From an uncultured delta proteobacterium (GTDB taxonomy: Bacteria; Myxococcota_A; Polyangia; Haliangiales; Haliangiaceae), in contig CAVUQH010000004.1 in NCBI GenBank assembly GCA_963743525.1, positions 672,001 through 736,000 on the forward strand: a stretch of DNA of 64,000 nt, given 5' to 3'. Position numbers and translations under genes: made by a program. Shown here in pieces: positions 24,767 to 37,658 of this stretch (positions are counted from its first letter, which is position 1; the number at the start of each line of letters is the position of its first letter). The notes beneath the pieces were generated by a model, which was not told where the DNA came from, did not search any database, and was given only the letters and a program-made list of their open reading frames with translations.

Positions 24767-25253
24767 TTGGACGTTTCGATCGAAAAGCGCAGGTGGGACG
24801 CGGGGTTTTTGGGGCCGTGCGTGTCCCCGGTAAGTGGTGGTGTTGGCGGGCTTCCCACAGTTGGGCTTCGACCACGTAGTAGTCGGTGGCCAGCGCGTCG
24901 GAGGCTGGTGCCATGCCGGTGTTGACCCGTTTGGCGACGGCGGCGGCGAGGGCCTTCATCCGCTCGGTGTGATCGTGCAGCGCGTGGGCCAGGGCTTTGC
25001 CGCGCAGGCCCTGGTCGCGCTCGGCGTCGAGCCAGCGGACCGACCAGACGTAGGCCCGGTCAACCGAGCCGCGGCCGCCCTGCATCGCCGCGCTGGTGGC
25101 GGCGTAGACCTTGGCCGCCGCAGCGACCCGCGCCTTGGCCAGCTGGGCCGCGGTCTGCGGGGTGTCGGCCCGAGCGGCTCCCGCCGCGATGCCGAGAAAG
25201 GACGAAACCACCAGGACCACCATCACCGAACGCATGCGAGTCATAGACCTCAT
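24708..25253 (-). CDS. Secreted helical hypothetical protein; C-terminus reads through repeat copy 3
   Basis: Signal peptide ending ARA-D; helical core AYVWSVRWLDAE...DYYVVEAQLWEAR; start could be 25244 or 25235. Confidence 0.65.
   Translation of the reverse strand: MRSMTRMRSVMVVLVVSSFLGIAAGAARADTPQTAAQLAKARVAAAAKVYAATSAAMQGGRGSVDRAYVWSVRWLDAERDQGLRGKALAHALHDHTERMKALAAAVAKRVNTGMAPASDALATDYYVVEAQLWEARQHHHLPGTRTAPKTPRPTCAFRSKRPIIRSRRPGRPALRWARRGG
24764..24828 (-). repeat. REP-like repeat, copy 3 (inverted)
   Basis: Reverse complement reads GGGGACACGCACGGCCCCAAAAACCCCGCGTCCCAC...TTTTCGATCGAAACGTCCAATCA. Confidence 0.85.
24828..24858 (+). repeat. 31-bp direct repeat, right copy
   Basis: CGGTAAGTGGTGGTGTTGGCGGGCTTCCCAC. 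Confidence 0.85.
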
Positions 25254-25289
25254 CGTGCCAGCAATCGGCTCGGGCGCCAGGCCGACGCC

Positions 25290-25339
25290 TGTTGGCCGCG
25301 GCCAACAACGAGACTCGGGCCTGTTGGCGAGGCCCAACA
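25290..25339. promoter_or_regulatory. Tandem palindromic activator boxes, pair 2
   Basis: Perfect palindrome TGTTGGCCGCGGCCAACA (25290) and TGTTGGCGAGGCCCAACA (25322), 32 bp apart. Confidence 0.8.
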
Positions 25340-25387
25340 GCAGAGCGCCTGGATCGGCCCGGGCAGCGGCACGGTCGCTCTGACGCC

Positions 25388-25403
25388 CGGCCCGTGGTTT
25401 GTA
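25388..25403 (+). promoter_or_regulatory. Possible sigma54 promoter of the activator gene
   Basis: CGGCCCGTGGTTTGTA (GG-N10-GT, imperfect -12). Confidence 0.4.
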
Positions 25404-26710
25404 TTCACAGCCGCCCGTGAACGGTAGACTGCCAGGAGCCATGCCCAGCGAGCCGCGAACCGAGGCCCACGCCCGCCGCCCGCGCACGGTCAGCCGTGTG
25501 CTGCTGCGGGTGGACGAGGGGCCGGATGCCGGCACCGTGTACCGATCGAGCGGCGAGGCGACCATCTCGGTGGGCGCGTCGGCGGACAACCAGCTGGTGC
25601 TGCGCGACCGGGCGGTCAGCCGCTACCACCTGGAGCTGCGCGTGGGCCAGCACGGCATCGTCGTGCAGGACCTGGGCAGCCGCAACGGCAGCTTCGTCGG
25701 CGGGGTGCAGATCGAGCGAGGGGTGGTGCCGCCCAAGACCCGGCTGACCATCGGCCGCACGGTGCTGGTGATCGAGGACGCCGACCGCGTGGCCGCCGAG
25801 GCCCACGGCGAGGTGCCGGCCGTGCCCGGCATCGTGTCGCGCAGCGACGCCATGGCCGAGGTCGCTCGGCTGATCGATCGGCTGGCGCCGGCGCCGTCGT
25901 CGGTGTTGATCCAGGGCGAGACCGGCGTCGGCAAGGAGGTGGTCGCGCAGTCGATTCACGATCACGGCCCGCGCAAGGGCAAGCCGTTCGTGGTCGTCGA
26001 CTGCGGCTCGCTGCCGCCGACGCTGGTCGCGTCGCAGCTGTTCGGCTACGAAAAGGGCGCCTTCACCGGCGCCGAGCAGCGCCGGGTCGGCGCCTTCGAG
26101 CAGGCCGACGGCGGCACCGTGCTGCTCGACGAGATTGGCGAGCTGCCGCTGGAGATCCAGCCGTCGCTGCTCGGCGTGCTCGAGCGGCGCCGCTTCACTC
26201 GCGTCGGCGGCACCAAGGAGATCGAGGTCAACGTCCGCGTCCTGGCCGCGACCAACCGCGACCTCCGCGCCGAGGTCAACCGCGGCAGCTTCCGCGCCGA
26301 CCTGTACTACCGGCTGGCGGTGGCGCGCATCGAGATTCCACCGCTGCGCGAGCGCCCCGACGACATCGACCCGCTGGTGCACCACTTCGTCGAGCAGATC
26401 ACCGGCGTCCCCGGCGACAACCCGTTCTCCGACGAGACCATGGCGGCGCTGCGCGGCCACCCGTGGAGCGGCAACGCGCGCGAGCTGCGCAACGTGGTCG
26501 AAGGCGCGCTGATCGTCGGCCAGCTCGATCTCGAGGGGCGCGCCGCCCAGGCGCTGCCGGCCGAGCCGCAGGAGATCGTCCAGTACCGCAAGGCCCGCGA
26601 GCAGGCGATCGCCGCCTTCGAGTACCGCTACCTGAAGAACCTCATCGAGCAGTGCGAGGGCAACGCGTCCGAGGCGGCGCGCCGGGCCAAGATGGACCGG
26701 CCGTACCTGC

Positions 26711-28234
<1,524 letters not shown>

Positions 28235-28251
28235 CGTCCTTCCTCCCGCCT

Positions 28252-29541
28252 CTACAGGATCAACCGGCCGGTCAGAAAGACCGAGGCGTGGCCGGTGACG
28301 TCGCGCTGGTGGTCGTCGAACAGGTACCAGCCGTAACGCAGGCTGGTGGAGAACATCGGGTAGATCCAGTAGGTGGTGCCGATGTTGAAGTAGTGCTCGG
28401 TCACCGGATTCTGCACGCCCTCGGTCTGGCGGGTCTGCTCGTACTGGATGCCGACGCCGTTGTGGCCCGAGTAGTCGTAGTCGACACCGCCGCCGAAGGT
28501 GTAGACCGAGTAGGTGTCGGGCAGCTTCACCTTGGCGTCCATCGGGTCGAGCATCTCGTTCTCGTTGCGCGAGCCGTTGAGCCACGCCGCGACCTTGGCG
28601 TGCAGCTTGACCCGCACGTTGGCGCGCAGGTTGTAGCCGTAGATCGGCTGGTCGTCGGTGGTCAACATCTGGGTGTCGAGCTGATAGGCCTGCACCGCCG
28701 TCTTGAACTGCACCCGCGAGAACTCGCCGACCATCGACGCGGTGCCGAAGTACATGTGCAGGTTGGTGTCCGGCTGGTTCTGGTCGCTGCGTCCGACCTG
28801 TGCCGCGGCCAGACCGAACGGCCGGGTGAACGGGAACAGCGCGCCGCCGATCTGATACGACCCGGTCAGCCCGGTCGGATTGGTCGAGTGAATGGTCAGG
28901 CCCGCGCGATAGTGACCGCCGAAGTCGTAGGTGGCATTGGCGCCGGTACCGCGGTCACCGCCACTGAAGATGATCGGCCAGCGGGTGTAGAAGTCGAGCA
29001 GCAGCACGTCGGCGACGTGCTCGGAGTAGTAGTCGATGGTGGCGTCGTCGGAGATACGCCCGACCGCGATGGCGAAGCCGTCCTTGTGATAGCGGACGAA
29101 CTGATCGCGCACCGACATCTGTGACTGTCCTTCCCAGACGCTGGCGCCGTAGCCCAGCGAGCCGCCGAGGTCGGCCTCGAACTCGGAGGCGAAGTCGAGG
29201 TGGTCGCCGATGTGACCGCGCACACCCAGGCGCGACACGGCGAGAGTGGGGCTCCGCGACTGGGTGGTCTCACCTTTGCGCAGCATCAGCCGCTCGATGC
29301 GAACGCCGCCGACGATGACCGCGTACGGCGTGAGGACGCGCGCGAGGGCGGTATCTGCGTCCTCGGGCTTGGCTGCAGTCTGGTCAACCGAGCCGGCGTC
29401 GCCCGCGGTCTCGCCGGCGGTGTCCGCGGAAGCGTCGCCGGAGGTCTGGTCCGGTGCTTCGGTCTGCGCATTGGCGACCCGCGCGGAGGCAACGAGCGCG
29501 GTCAAAGCCGCCAGGATGATGAGATGTCGAGGAGAAGTCAT
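28252..29541 (-). CDS. Porin-like outer-membrane beta-barrel
   Basis: Signal peptide, acidic linker, SRLGVRG early strand, amphipathic strands, terminal SVFLTGRLIL. Confidence 0.7.
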   Translation of the reverse strand: MTSPRHLIILAALTALVASARVANAQTEAPDQTSGDASADTAGETAGDAGSVDQTAAKPEDADTALARVLTPYAVIVGGVRIERLMLRKGETTQSRSPTLAVSRLGVRGHIGDHLDFASEFEADLGGSLGYGASVWEGQSQMSVRDQFVRYHKDGFAIAVGRISDDATIDYYSEHVADVLLLDFYTRWPIIFSGGDRGTGANATYDFGGHYRAGLTIHSTNPTGLTGSYQIGGALFPFTRPFGLAAAQVGRSDQNQPDTNLHMYFGTASMVGEFSRVQFKTAVQAYQLDTQMLTTDDQPIYGYNLRANVRVKLHAKVAAWLNGSRNENEMLDPMDAKVKLPDTYSVYTFGGGVDYDYSGHNGVGIQYEQTRQTEGVQNPVTEHYFNIGTTYWIYPMFSTSLRYGWYLFDDHQRDVTGHASVFLTGRLIL

Positions 29542-29594
29542 GGAACCCCACTCTCTGCCGCGTGCGGCAGTTGCTACTCGGCCCGATTCGGCCG

Positions 29595-30920
<1,326 letters not shown>

Positions 30921-30956
30921 TTGCTCACCTCTCGTCGCGTGATGGGCGGCCGTGTG

Positions 30957-30972
30957 TGCAGCCGCCGTACCA
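30957..30972 (-). promoter_or_regulatory. Sigma54 promoter
   Basis: TGGTACGGCGGCTGCA (GG-N10-GC). Confidence 0.7.
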
Positions 30973-31021
30973 GTGGGAGGAACCCGCGTCAGGCTGCCTC
31001 GCGGGCGCCCTCGGCCGCGGT

Positions 31022-31072
31022 TGTTGGCGTGCGCCAACAGGTTGCTGCTCACGCCGTTGGCCGGCGCCGACA
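31022..31072. promoter_or_regulatory. Tandem palindromic activator boxes, pair 3
   Basis: TGTTGGCGTGCGCCAACA (31022) and CGTTGGCCGGCGCCGACA (31055), 33 bp apart. Confidence 0.8.
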
Positions 31073-32381
31073 GTTCTTCTTGCGCCGCATCGCCAGCAGG
31101 CAGGCCAGCGCCAACAAGATCGGGCCGCCGCCGCCGCCGGCGTTGCAGCGGAAGGTCACGCGGTCACCGGTGGCGCTGCCGCCGCCACTGCCGCCGCCCG
31201 CGTCGCAGCAGCCGCCCGGGCCCGGCGCCGCCGTCGGCGCCATTGCCACCACCGCCACCACCACCGCCACCGCCACCGCCACCGGGGCCGGCGTCGACGT
31301 CGCCGGTCGAGGTCGGGCCTTCCTTGTCGAGGCCGAACAACTCGCCGGCCATCTTGGCGGTGCAGATGCCCTCGTCGATGATGAACGACCCGGCCTGGCC
31401 GCAGCCATCGCCCGGATCGACCGGCTGGCCGTGGCTCATGCTCGGCAGGTAGTAGACCTCGACCCGGGTGTTTCCTTGTGCGTCCTGGTAGCGGTCGCGC
31501 TGGGCGCCGAGGATCGTGGCGCTGTCGTCGGGCGTCTGGTCGATGCCGTTGACGTTGGTCCACTGCTCGACCAGCTCGTTGCGCAGGTCGGGCGCGACCA
31601 TGTAATCGGCGCCGCCCTGCCAGATCGACACCACCGGCCACGGGCCGCTGTAGCCGGGGTCGGCGGCGCGCACCAGGTCGCCCCAGCCCTGCGGCGTGCG
31701 GTTGAGGGGATCGGTCTCCGGGTGCGACTTGGTGCAGTCGGTGCCCTGCTGTGTGGTCGCGCCGGGCACGATGGTGCAGCCGTAGGGAATGCCCGCGACG
31801 ATGGCGCCGCCGGCGAAGACGTCGGGATAGGTCGCCAGCATCACCGCGGTCATGCCGCCGCCGGCCGACACGCCGGTGGCGTAGACGCGGCCGCCGTTGA
31901 CGTCGTAGTTCTGTTCGACGTAGTCGACCATCTGCTTGATCGACAGGTTCTCGGTGTGGCCGCGCAGCAGATCGTCGGTGTGCAGCGCCGCGTTGTACAC
32001 CAGGGTGCTCGGCGCGCCGTCCCAGCTGCCGCCCCAGTTGAAGCAACCCAGGCTGTTGTTCACCTGCGTGTTCTGCTGCGGATAGACGACGTAGAACTTC
32101 CACAGCTCGGCCATCGACTGCCAGCCGGCAGCGGCATAGCTCGACGCGGTCATCGAACAGCCGTGCATGGCCACGACCATCGGCCGCGGGCCGGGCGGCA
32201 TGTCGTTGGGAACGTAGAGGTACATCCCCAGCTGCGCCGGGTTGCTGCCGAAGTTGGTGACCTGGGTCAGCGCGCCGGCTTCGGCCTGGCTGGCGCGGCC
32301 GGGTTGGGCCGGCTCGTCGGTTCCGGCAACGCAGCCGACGAGCGCGGTGATGAGGATGGTGGTGGTGATCGAATGCTTCAC
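31049..32381 (-). CDS. Extracellular PHB-depolymerase-family esterase (LpqC/esterase_PHB) with MYXO-CTERM tail; +1 frameshift near 31218
   Basis: GSNPAQLGMYLYVP, VAMHGC, YPQQ, CFNW, GVSAGG, TYPDVFAG, GIPYGC, WQGGADYMV, MSHG; tail CNAGGGGGPILLALACLLAMRRKK in the shifted frame. Confidence 0.88.
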
Positions 32382-32407
32382 GGCGTATCCCTCCTGACCG
32401 CCCCTCA

Positions 32408-32423
32408 AGCAGCACCCGTGCCA
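32408..32423 (-). promoter_or_regulatory. Sigma54 promoter
   Basis: TGGCACGGGTGCTGCT (GG-N10-GC). Confidence 0.75.
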
Positions 32424-32465
32424 TCCCCGCCAGCGGCCGCTGCGGCCGCAACCAGGCTCATCGCC

Positions 32466-32517
32466 CGTTGGCCGCGGCCAACACCGGCGCGGCGGCGCCC
32501 GTTGGCTGGCGCCAACG
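32466..32517. promoter_or_regulatory. Tandem palindromic activator boxes, pair 4
   Basis: CGTTGGCCGCGGCCAACA (32466) and CGTTGGCTGGCGCCAACG (32500), 34 bp apart. Confidence 0.8.
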
Positions 32518-32518
32518 A

Positions 32519-33524
32519 TCAGAAGCGGACGCGCATGCCGACCACCGCGCCACCGGGGCGCAGAGTCACCTCGACCGGCGCGGTCCACTCGCGGATACCG
32601 AGGACCAGCGCGGCGACAGCCGCGGCGCCACCGGCGGCGAAGCCGATGTTGGCCAGCAGCGCGCTGCGCCGGCCGCGGATACCGAGCTGTTCGATGCGCG
32701 CGGCGACCGTGTCGTAGTTGGTGCCGTCGCTGTTGGCGTAGATGTCGTCGAGCTGCTGCTGGGCGTCGCGGGCGTCGAGGCCGAAGTAGAGCCCGGCGCC
32801 GCCGAGCACCACGGCCACGCCGGTCCACAGCGGCCAGCGGGCGATGAACGACGGCCGCCGCGCCCGCGGTGTCACGACCTCCTCGATCGTCGACACGACC
32901 AGCGGCTGCTCGCGGCTGCCGGCGGCGACCAGCGAGTTGCCGTCGGCGTCGATGGCGGTGATCACCAGGCTGACGCTGGTCGCGCGCGGCAGCGGCAGCT
33001 GCTGGCGACCGCGCCCGCGGGCTTGCACTCGCTGCCAGCGTCCGCCGGGGCGCAGGTAGTCGACGCGCACGCCGGCGACCATCTGCAGCGGATCCGGAAC
33101 CGCAGTGACGACAATGGCCGGCTGGGAACCGCGTGCGAGCTCGTGATCCAGCCGCAACGGCGGCGCCGCAGCGGCACGAGCGGCGTCGAACGGACCGGCG
33201 ATCTTGGGCGAGGTTCCCGGCGGCAGACCGGCCGACGGCTCGAGCACCAGCCAGCGCACGAACGCCTGGCGCGCGGCGTCGCTGTTGCCCAGGCCGGCCT
33301 GGATCTCGCCGGTCAGCTGGTAGCATCTCGGCCATCTCCGCCGGGCTGTTCTTGCCCCAGCGGTGGGCGGCCTCGAGCGCGGCCAGGGCGTCGGCGTAGC
33401 GCAGCGCGTTCTTGGCCCGGCGCGCTTCGACCAGGTGCGGGTCGAGCGGCTGCGCGCACAGCGCCGGCGCCCGCGACGCGATCGCGATGGCGATGCCGAT
33501 GCCGATAACGTGCCGCGCGCGCAT
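32519..33524 (-). CDS. Exported TPR-like protein with hydrophobic C-terminal segments (kinase partner type); +1 frameshift near 33324
   Basis: Signal peptide, LRYADALAALEAA, LPPGTSPKI, C-terminal hydrophobic helices and terminal GMRVRF. Confidence 0.7.
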
Positions 33525-33537
33525 GACGGCGCGCAGT

Positions 33538-35228
33538 CTACCAGTCGAGGCGCTTCGGCGTCTCGTGCCCCGAGCTCACGCGGATGGAGAAGCTCCGGCT
33601 GCGGCCATCCTCGGTCACCGCGCGCACCTGGTGCTTTCCCGGCGACAGCTCGCGGCGAATGATCGGCGTCTCGCCGACCCGCGTGCCGTCGATGTAGATG
33701 ATCGCGAACGGGGTCGAGTCGATGCTGAAGTAGCCGGGCTCAGCGGTGGTGGCGGGCGCCCGCTCGACCTTTTCGCTGCGGCTGCGCCGGTGCGGCCGGC
33801 GGCGCACCGGGCGACCGGCATCGATCGAAGGCGCTTCGGCCGCCGCCGCGTTCGACGGCCGGCGCGGCCTCGGCTACCGCGGCATCCGGCGGCGTCGCTG
33901 CGGGTGCGACCGGCGCCATGAGTCGCACCCCGCCGTCGGGCATCGAGACACTGGCCGCGCCGTCCGGTCGGCGAAGCAACCAGAACAAGGTCAGCGCGCC
34001 GGCCAGGACCAACGCGACCGCGCCGATCGCGGCGGTCCGTGGTCGTCCCGACACCGGCGCAGTCGGCGTCGCGTCCGCCGGCACCACCGGCGCGCTGCCG
34101 CTGCCGCGCAGGAGCCGGGTCGGCGCCGTGGTCTCGGCCGGCTGTGCGGCCGCGGAGCCGGGACGGGGCACCGGCTCGGTCGACACATCGACCTCGCGAC
34201 CTGCGGCGCCGTCGTCGGCGAGCGCGGGTGCCGCCTCGACGCGGCTGGTCGCGCGCTCGAGCTGGCCGCGCTGCTCGGCCAGACTGTCGGCATACAGGCG
34301 CCGCAACCGATCGCCGATCGCCGGCGGCGGCAGCGGCCCGCCCAGCTCGGCCACCGACTCGCGCAACGCGGCGCCCATCTCCTGCGCAGTGGCGAACCGC
34401 TCCTCGGGGCGCCGCGCCAGCGCTCGCGCCAGCACCGCGGCCAGCGAAGGCGGCACCGCCGGCGCCACCGCGTGGGCGTCGGGGTACGCCTCCTCGAGGA
34501 TGGCACGGGCGATCAGGTACTCGCTGTTGCGCTGGAACATCCGCTGATGGGTCAACGTCTCGAACAGCACGGTGCCCAGCGAGAAGATGTCCGAGCGCCG
34601 GTTCGACCTCGTCGCCGCGAATCTGCTCGGGCGACATATAGGCGAACTTGCCGCGGATCGATCCCTTGGTGGTCATGCGGGGAACGCCGCGGACCTTGGC
34701 GATGCCGAAGTCGAGCACCTTGAGCACACCGTCGAAGGTGGCCAACAGGTTCGACGGCGACACGTCGCGGTGGACCAGGTCGAAGCGCTCGCCGCTGGGG
34801 TCGGTCAGCTGATGGGCGTGATGCAGCCCTTCACACGCCTGCTCACCCAGGCCGGCGATCATCCGCACGTGATCGGTGTTGACCGGCTGCTCGCGGTCGC
34901 GGGCGATGCGCGACATCGCCACGCCCTGCAGATAGGCCATGGCGATGAAATACTGATCGCCGACCTGGCCCAGCTCGTAGACGTCGCAGATGTTGGCGTG
35001 CGACAGCTGCCCGGCAATGCGCGCCTCGTGGAGGAACATCGCGCGGAACTCTTCGGACGCCACCAGCTCCGGCAGCAGCCGCTTGATCACCACCAGCTTG
35101 GCAAAGCCGCCCTCCCCGTCCAGCCGCGCGAGGAAGATCTCGCCCATCCCGCCGGCGGCGAGCTTGGTGAGCAACCGGTAGCGCCCGAAGAGCTCCTCAC
35201 CGGTGGCCGGGGCGGGGGTGACCGTCAT
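33538..35228 (-). CDS. Membrane Ser/Thr protein kinase with C-terminal PEGA-like domain; two +1 frameshifts (about 34602 and 33852)
   Basis: GGMGEIF, VIK, HRDVSPSN, DFG, YMSPE, RRSDIFSLG after the shift, TM helix, IYIDGTRVGETP. Confidence 0.88.
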
Positions 35229-35290
35229 TGGCTCGATTGTTGTATCAGCTGCGCAGGCGGGTTGCTCGATCGACGTGCCTCCGGGCCGAT

Positions 35291-35388
35291 CGTCGGCGTC
35301 GTCCAACAGGTCTGTGCCAACGACCCCACGGTCGGCGCGGGTGAACTGCGCGGAATCGCGTCGGGGGGCTCCTGGCACGCGACTTGAT
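35291..35388 (+). promoter_or_regulatory. Single activator box plus sigma54-like promoter
   Basis: CGTCGGCGTCGTCCAACA (35291-35308); TGGCACGCGACTTGAT (35373-35388). Confidence 0.55.
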
Positions 35389-35415
35389 GCGAGGAGCGTG
35401 CCTGGAGGTTCCGAC

Positions 35416-35673
35416 ATGAAGCCGACTCCCCGTCTCCTCGATCGGCATCTCGCCGACTACTGCGCCCAGCGCGGGCGCTCCTCGATCGCCTTCGAGCGCG
35501 CCGTGCTCGAGCGGGCCTTCGCCACTCACGACGCACATCGCGTGCTCGGCCGCAGCACGCCGCCGCTGCGCATGCGCGTGCTCGGCCTGGTGTCCGAGCG
35601 CGCCCGCGCGGACCTGGTCTACTGGCATCGCCTGCGCGACTACGTGTCGTGGCGGGTCTGGTCGCAGCTGTAG
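35416..35673 (+). CDS. Small hypothetical protein (85 aa)
   Basis: GGAGG RBS, upstream sigma54-like promoter, GC3-biased codons, fills the intergenic gap. Confidence 0.6.
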   Translation: MKPTPRLLDRHLADYCAQRGRSSIAFERAVLERAFATHDAHRVLGRSTPPLRMRVLGLVSERARADLVYWHRLRDYVSWRVWSQL

Positions 35674-35676
35674 CGA

Positions 35677-36342
35677 CTACGGTCCGGTCAGCTCGACGTG
35701 CAGGGCGAAGCAGCCGCCCTGGGTCGTATACGAATCGACCGCGAGATAGACGGTGGCGTCGGCGTCGAAGGTATGGGTGACCTCCTCGCCGCTGGCGCCG
35801 GACTGATTCTGTCCCGCGAAGCACGCCGACCCGGTAGTGCAACCACCGCTGACGTACAACACGGAGTCCCAGGTGCCGTCGAGGTGCACGTACAGGCGCT
35901 CGCCGTTCTTGGCGCTCAGCTTGTACAGCGCGTCGGGGCCGGCACTGGCCAGCAGCCCGCACGAGGTCGAGATCGATCCGAGATCGTTCTGATAGGCGGT
36001 GGTGTCGCCGTAGACCGTAGTGCCGCCGCTGGCGTGCGCGGCCTGGGTGAGGTCCGGCGAGCTGCCGCCGCAGAAATCGGCGTTGGGGCTGCTCGTCGCC
36101 GCCTGGCACCAGTCGACCATGGCGTCGGGCGGCCCGCCGGCCGCGTCAACGGTGGCGTCCCCCGGTAGCGCCGCGTCGATGACTGCAGCATCGGCACCGG
36201 TCCCGGGACGCACGCATTGGCCACCCACGCAGTCGAAGCCGTCCGGGCAGACCTGGTCGCAATCGAACGACGTGCCCGACGGATCGTCGGTGAACCGACA
36301 CGCCGCCAGGGTCACGATCGCGATGGCCAACGCCCGCGTCAC
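35677..36342 (-). CDS. Cys-rich lipoprotein with PPC-like beta-sandwich
   Basis: Lipobox LAAC; CPDGFDCVGGQC; GPDALY, WDSVLYV and VYLAVDSY motifs. Confidence 0.75.
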   Translation of the reverse strand: MTRALAIAIVTLAACRFTDDPSGTSFDCDQVCPDGFDCVGGQCVRPGTGADAAVIDAALPGDATVDAAGGPPDAMVDWCQAATSSPNADFCGGSSPDLTQAAHASGGTTVYGDTTAYQNDLGSISTSCGLLASAGPDALYKLSAKNGERLYVHLDGTWDSVLYVSGGCTTGSACFAGQNQSGASGEEVTHTFDADATVYLAVDSYTTQGGCFALHVELTGP

Positions 36343-36391
36343 CGACTGACGATAGCCGAAGCCGAAGCCGCCGCGAAGCCGTGATTCCTCC

Positions 36392-36442
36392 TGTTGGTCG
36401 CTGCCAACACGCCGAATCCACCGATGTTGGCCGCAGCCAACA
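36392..36442. promoter_or_regulatory. Tandem palindromic activator boxes, pair 5
   Basis: TGTTGGTCGCTGCCAACA (36392) and TGTTGGCCGCAGCCAACA (36425), 33 bp apart. Confidence 0.8.
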
Positions 36443-36484
36443 GCAAAATGGCCAGGGCGACGTCACTTCATCGCGATCGGCCGC

Positions 36485-36500
36485 TGGCGCGATCGCTGCA
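36485..36500 (+). promoter_or_regulatory. Sigma54 promoter
   Basis: TGGCGCGATCGCTGCA (GG-N10-GC), followed by GGAGGG RBS. Confidence 0.7.
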
Positions 36501-36523
36501 GCAGTCCGCCGGCGGAGGGACGT

Positions 36524-37658
36524 ATGCGCAGCACGCTCGAGCTCACGATCGTCGTCGCACTGGTCGGCGCCACTGGATGCGCGACCAGCCGGGCCGGAAA
36601 CGACACAGCCGACGGAGGCGGCACGCCCGGCGGTGTTCGACGCCCGGCGACCGGCCGACGCGCGCCCCGGCTCCGCCGCCGATGCCGCGGCCAACGCCAC
36701 CGCCGACGCCGCGCCCGGCGCCGATGCCACCTGGCTGGCGGGGAAGCACGGCTTCCCCGGCGACTTCCCCGAGCTCACCGACAGCGGCGGACTGGGCCAG
36801 GGCGAGCTCATCGAAGGCTTCGGCGGCGACACCACCACCGACCGCGCCGGCAACCGGGCCCAGATCACCCACCGGCCGGTCATCCTCCTCCACGGCAACG
36901 GCAGCACCGCCACCGATGACAACTTCGGCATGACCCACGTCGCCGACAAGCTGAAGGGCGCCGGCTACGTCGACGCCGAGATCTGGGCGCCGTCGTACCT
37001 GGGGCAGAACGTCTCCTACGCGGAGACGCCGACGCCGCACCGGACCAACATCGACGATATTCGTCAGTTCGTCAACGCCGTCCTCGACTACACCGGCGCC
37101 GCGCGCGTCGACGTCATCGCTCACTCGCTGGGCTGTGGGCTCATCAACGGCTATCTGCGCGGCCTGGCCAGCGACGGGTCGTTCGACCCGAGCAACGATC
37201 GTTTCGCCCGCGTCGGCACCGTCGTCTGTCTGGGCGGCGCGATCTACGGCACCGGCGCCGGCTTCTTCTTCGAGCCGGAGTTCGCCACCGACGGGCAGTG
37301 GGTCGCCGGCAGCCTGCAGTGGAACGGCCACGAGGACGCCACCCCGTACGGCGCCGACGACACCGCGGCGATGATCGCGCCGGCCAGCGGGCAGATTCCC
37401 GGCAACCGGCCGTTCCGCGCCACCACCCCGGACGACGACGGCAGCCGCCGCATCTACTGGGTCGCGCTGTGGGCCACCGGCGACATCGTCGATGGCAGCC
37501 TGCCCGGCGCCTGCGCCCTCGGCGGCGCCGACCTCAACCAGGGCTTCGACCTGCCCAAGACGATGCCCGGCGTCATCACCGCCCAGCTGGCCATGCACGG
37601 TCAGCTCTTGCACAGCGCCGACGTCTTCGCCGCGCTGCTGCCGTACCTCGATCGCTAA
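36524..37658 (+). CDS. PhaZ7-like/lipase_2 lipoprotein hydrolase; +1 frameshift near 36636
   Basis: Lipoprotein signal (ATGC) in the 36524 frame; GFGG, PVILLHGNG, GYVDAEIWAPSYL, YTGAARVDVIAHSLG in the 36381 frame. Confidence 0.8.

Noticed and set aside
31245..31285. (CCA/CCG)n run here and the (TCGTCC)n run near 15232-15260 as functional DNA repeats
   Set aside because: They simply encode poly-Gly and Asp/Glu linkers.
36381..36523. N-terminal extensions in the ORF track for 36381-37658, 29595-31052 and 31164-33524
   Set aside because: They run through promoter and box DNA or join two genes; true starts with RBS and signal peptides are 36524, 30920 and 32381.
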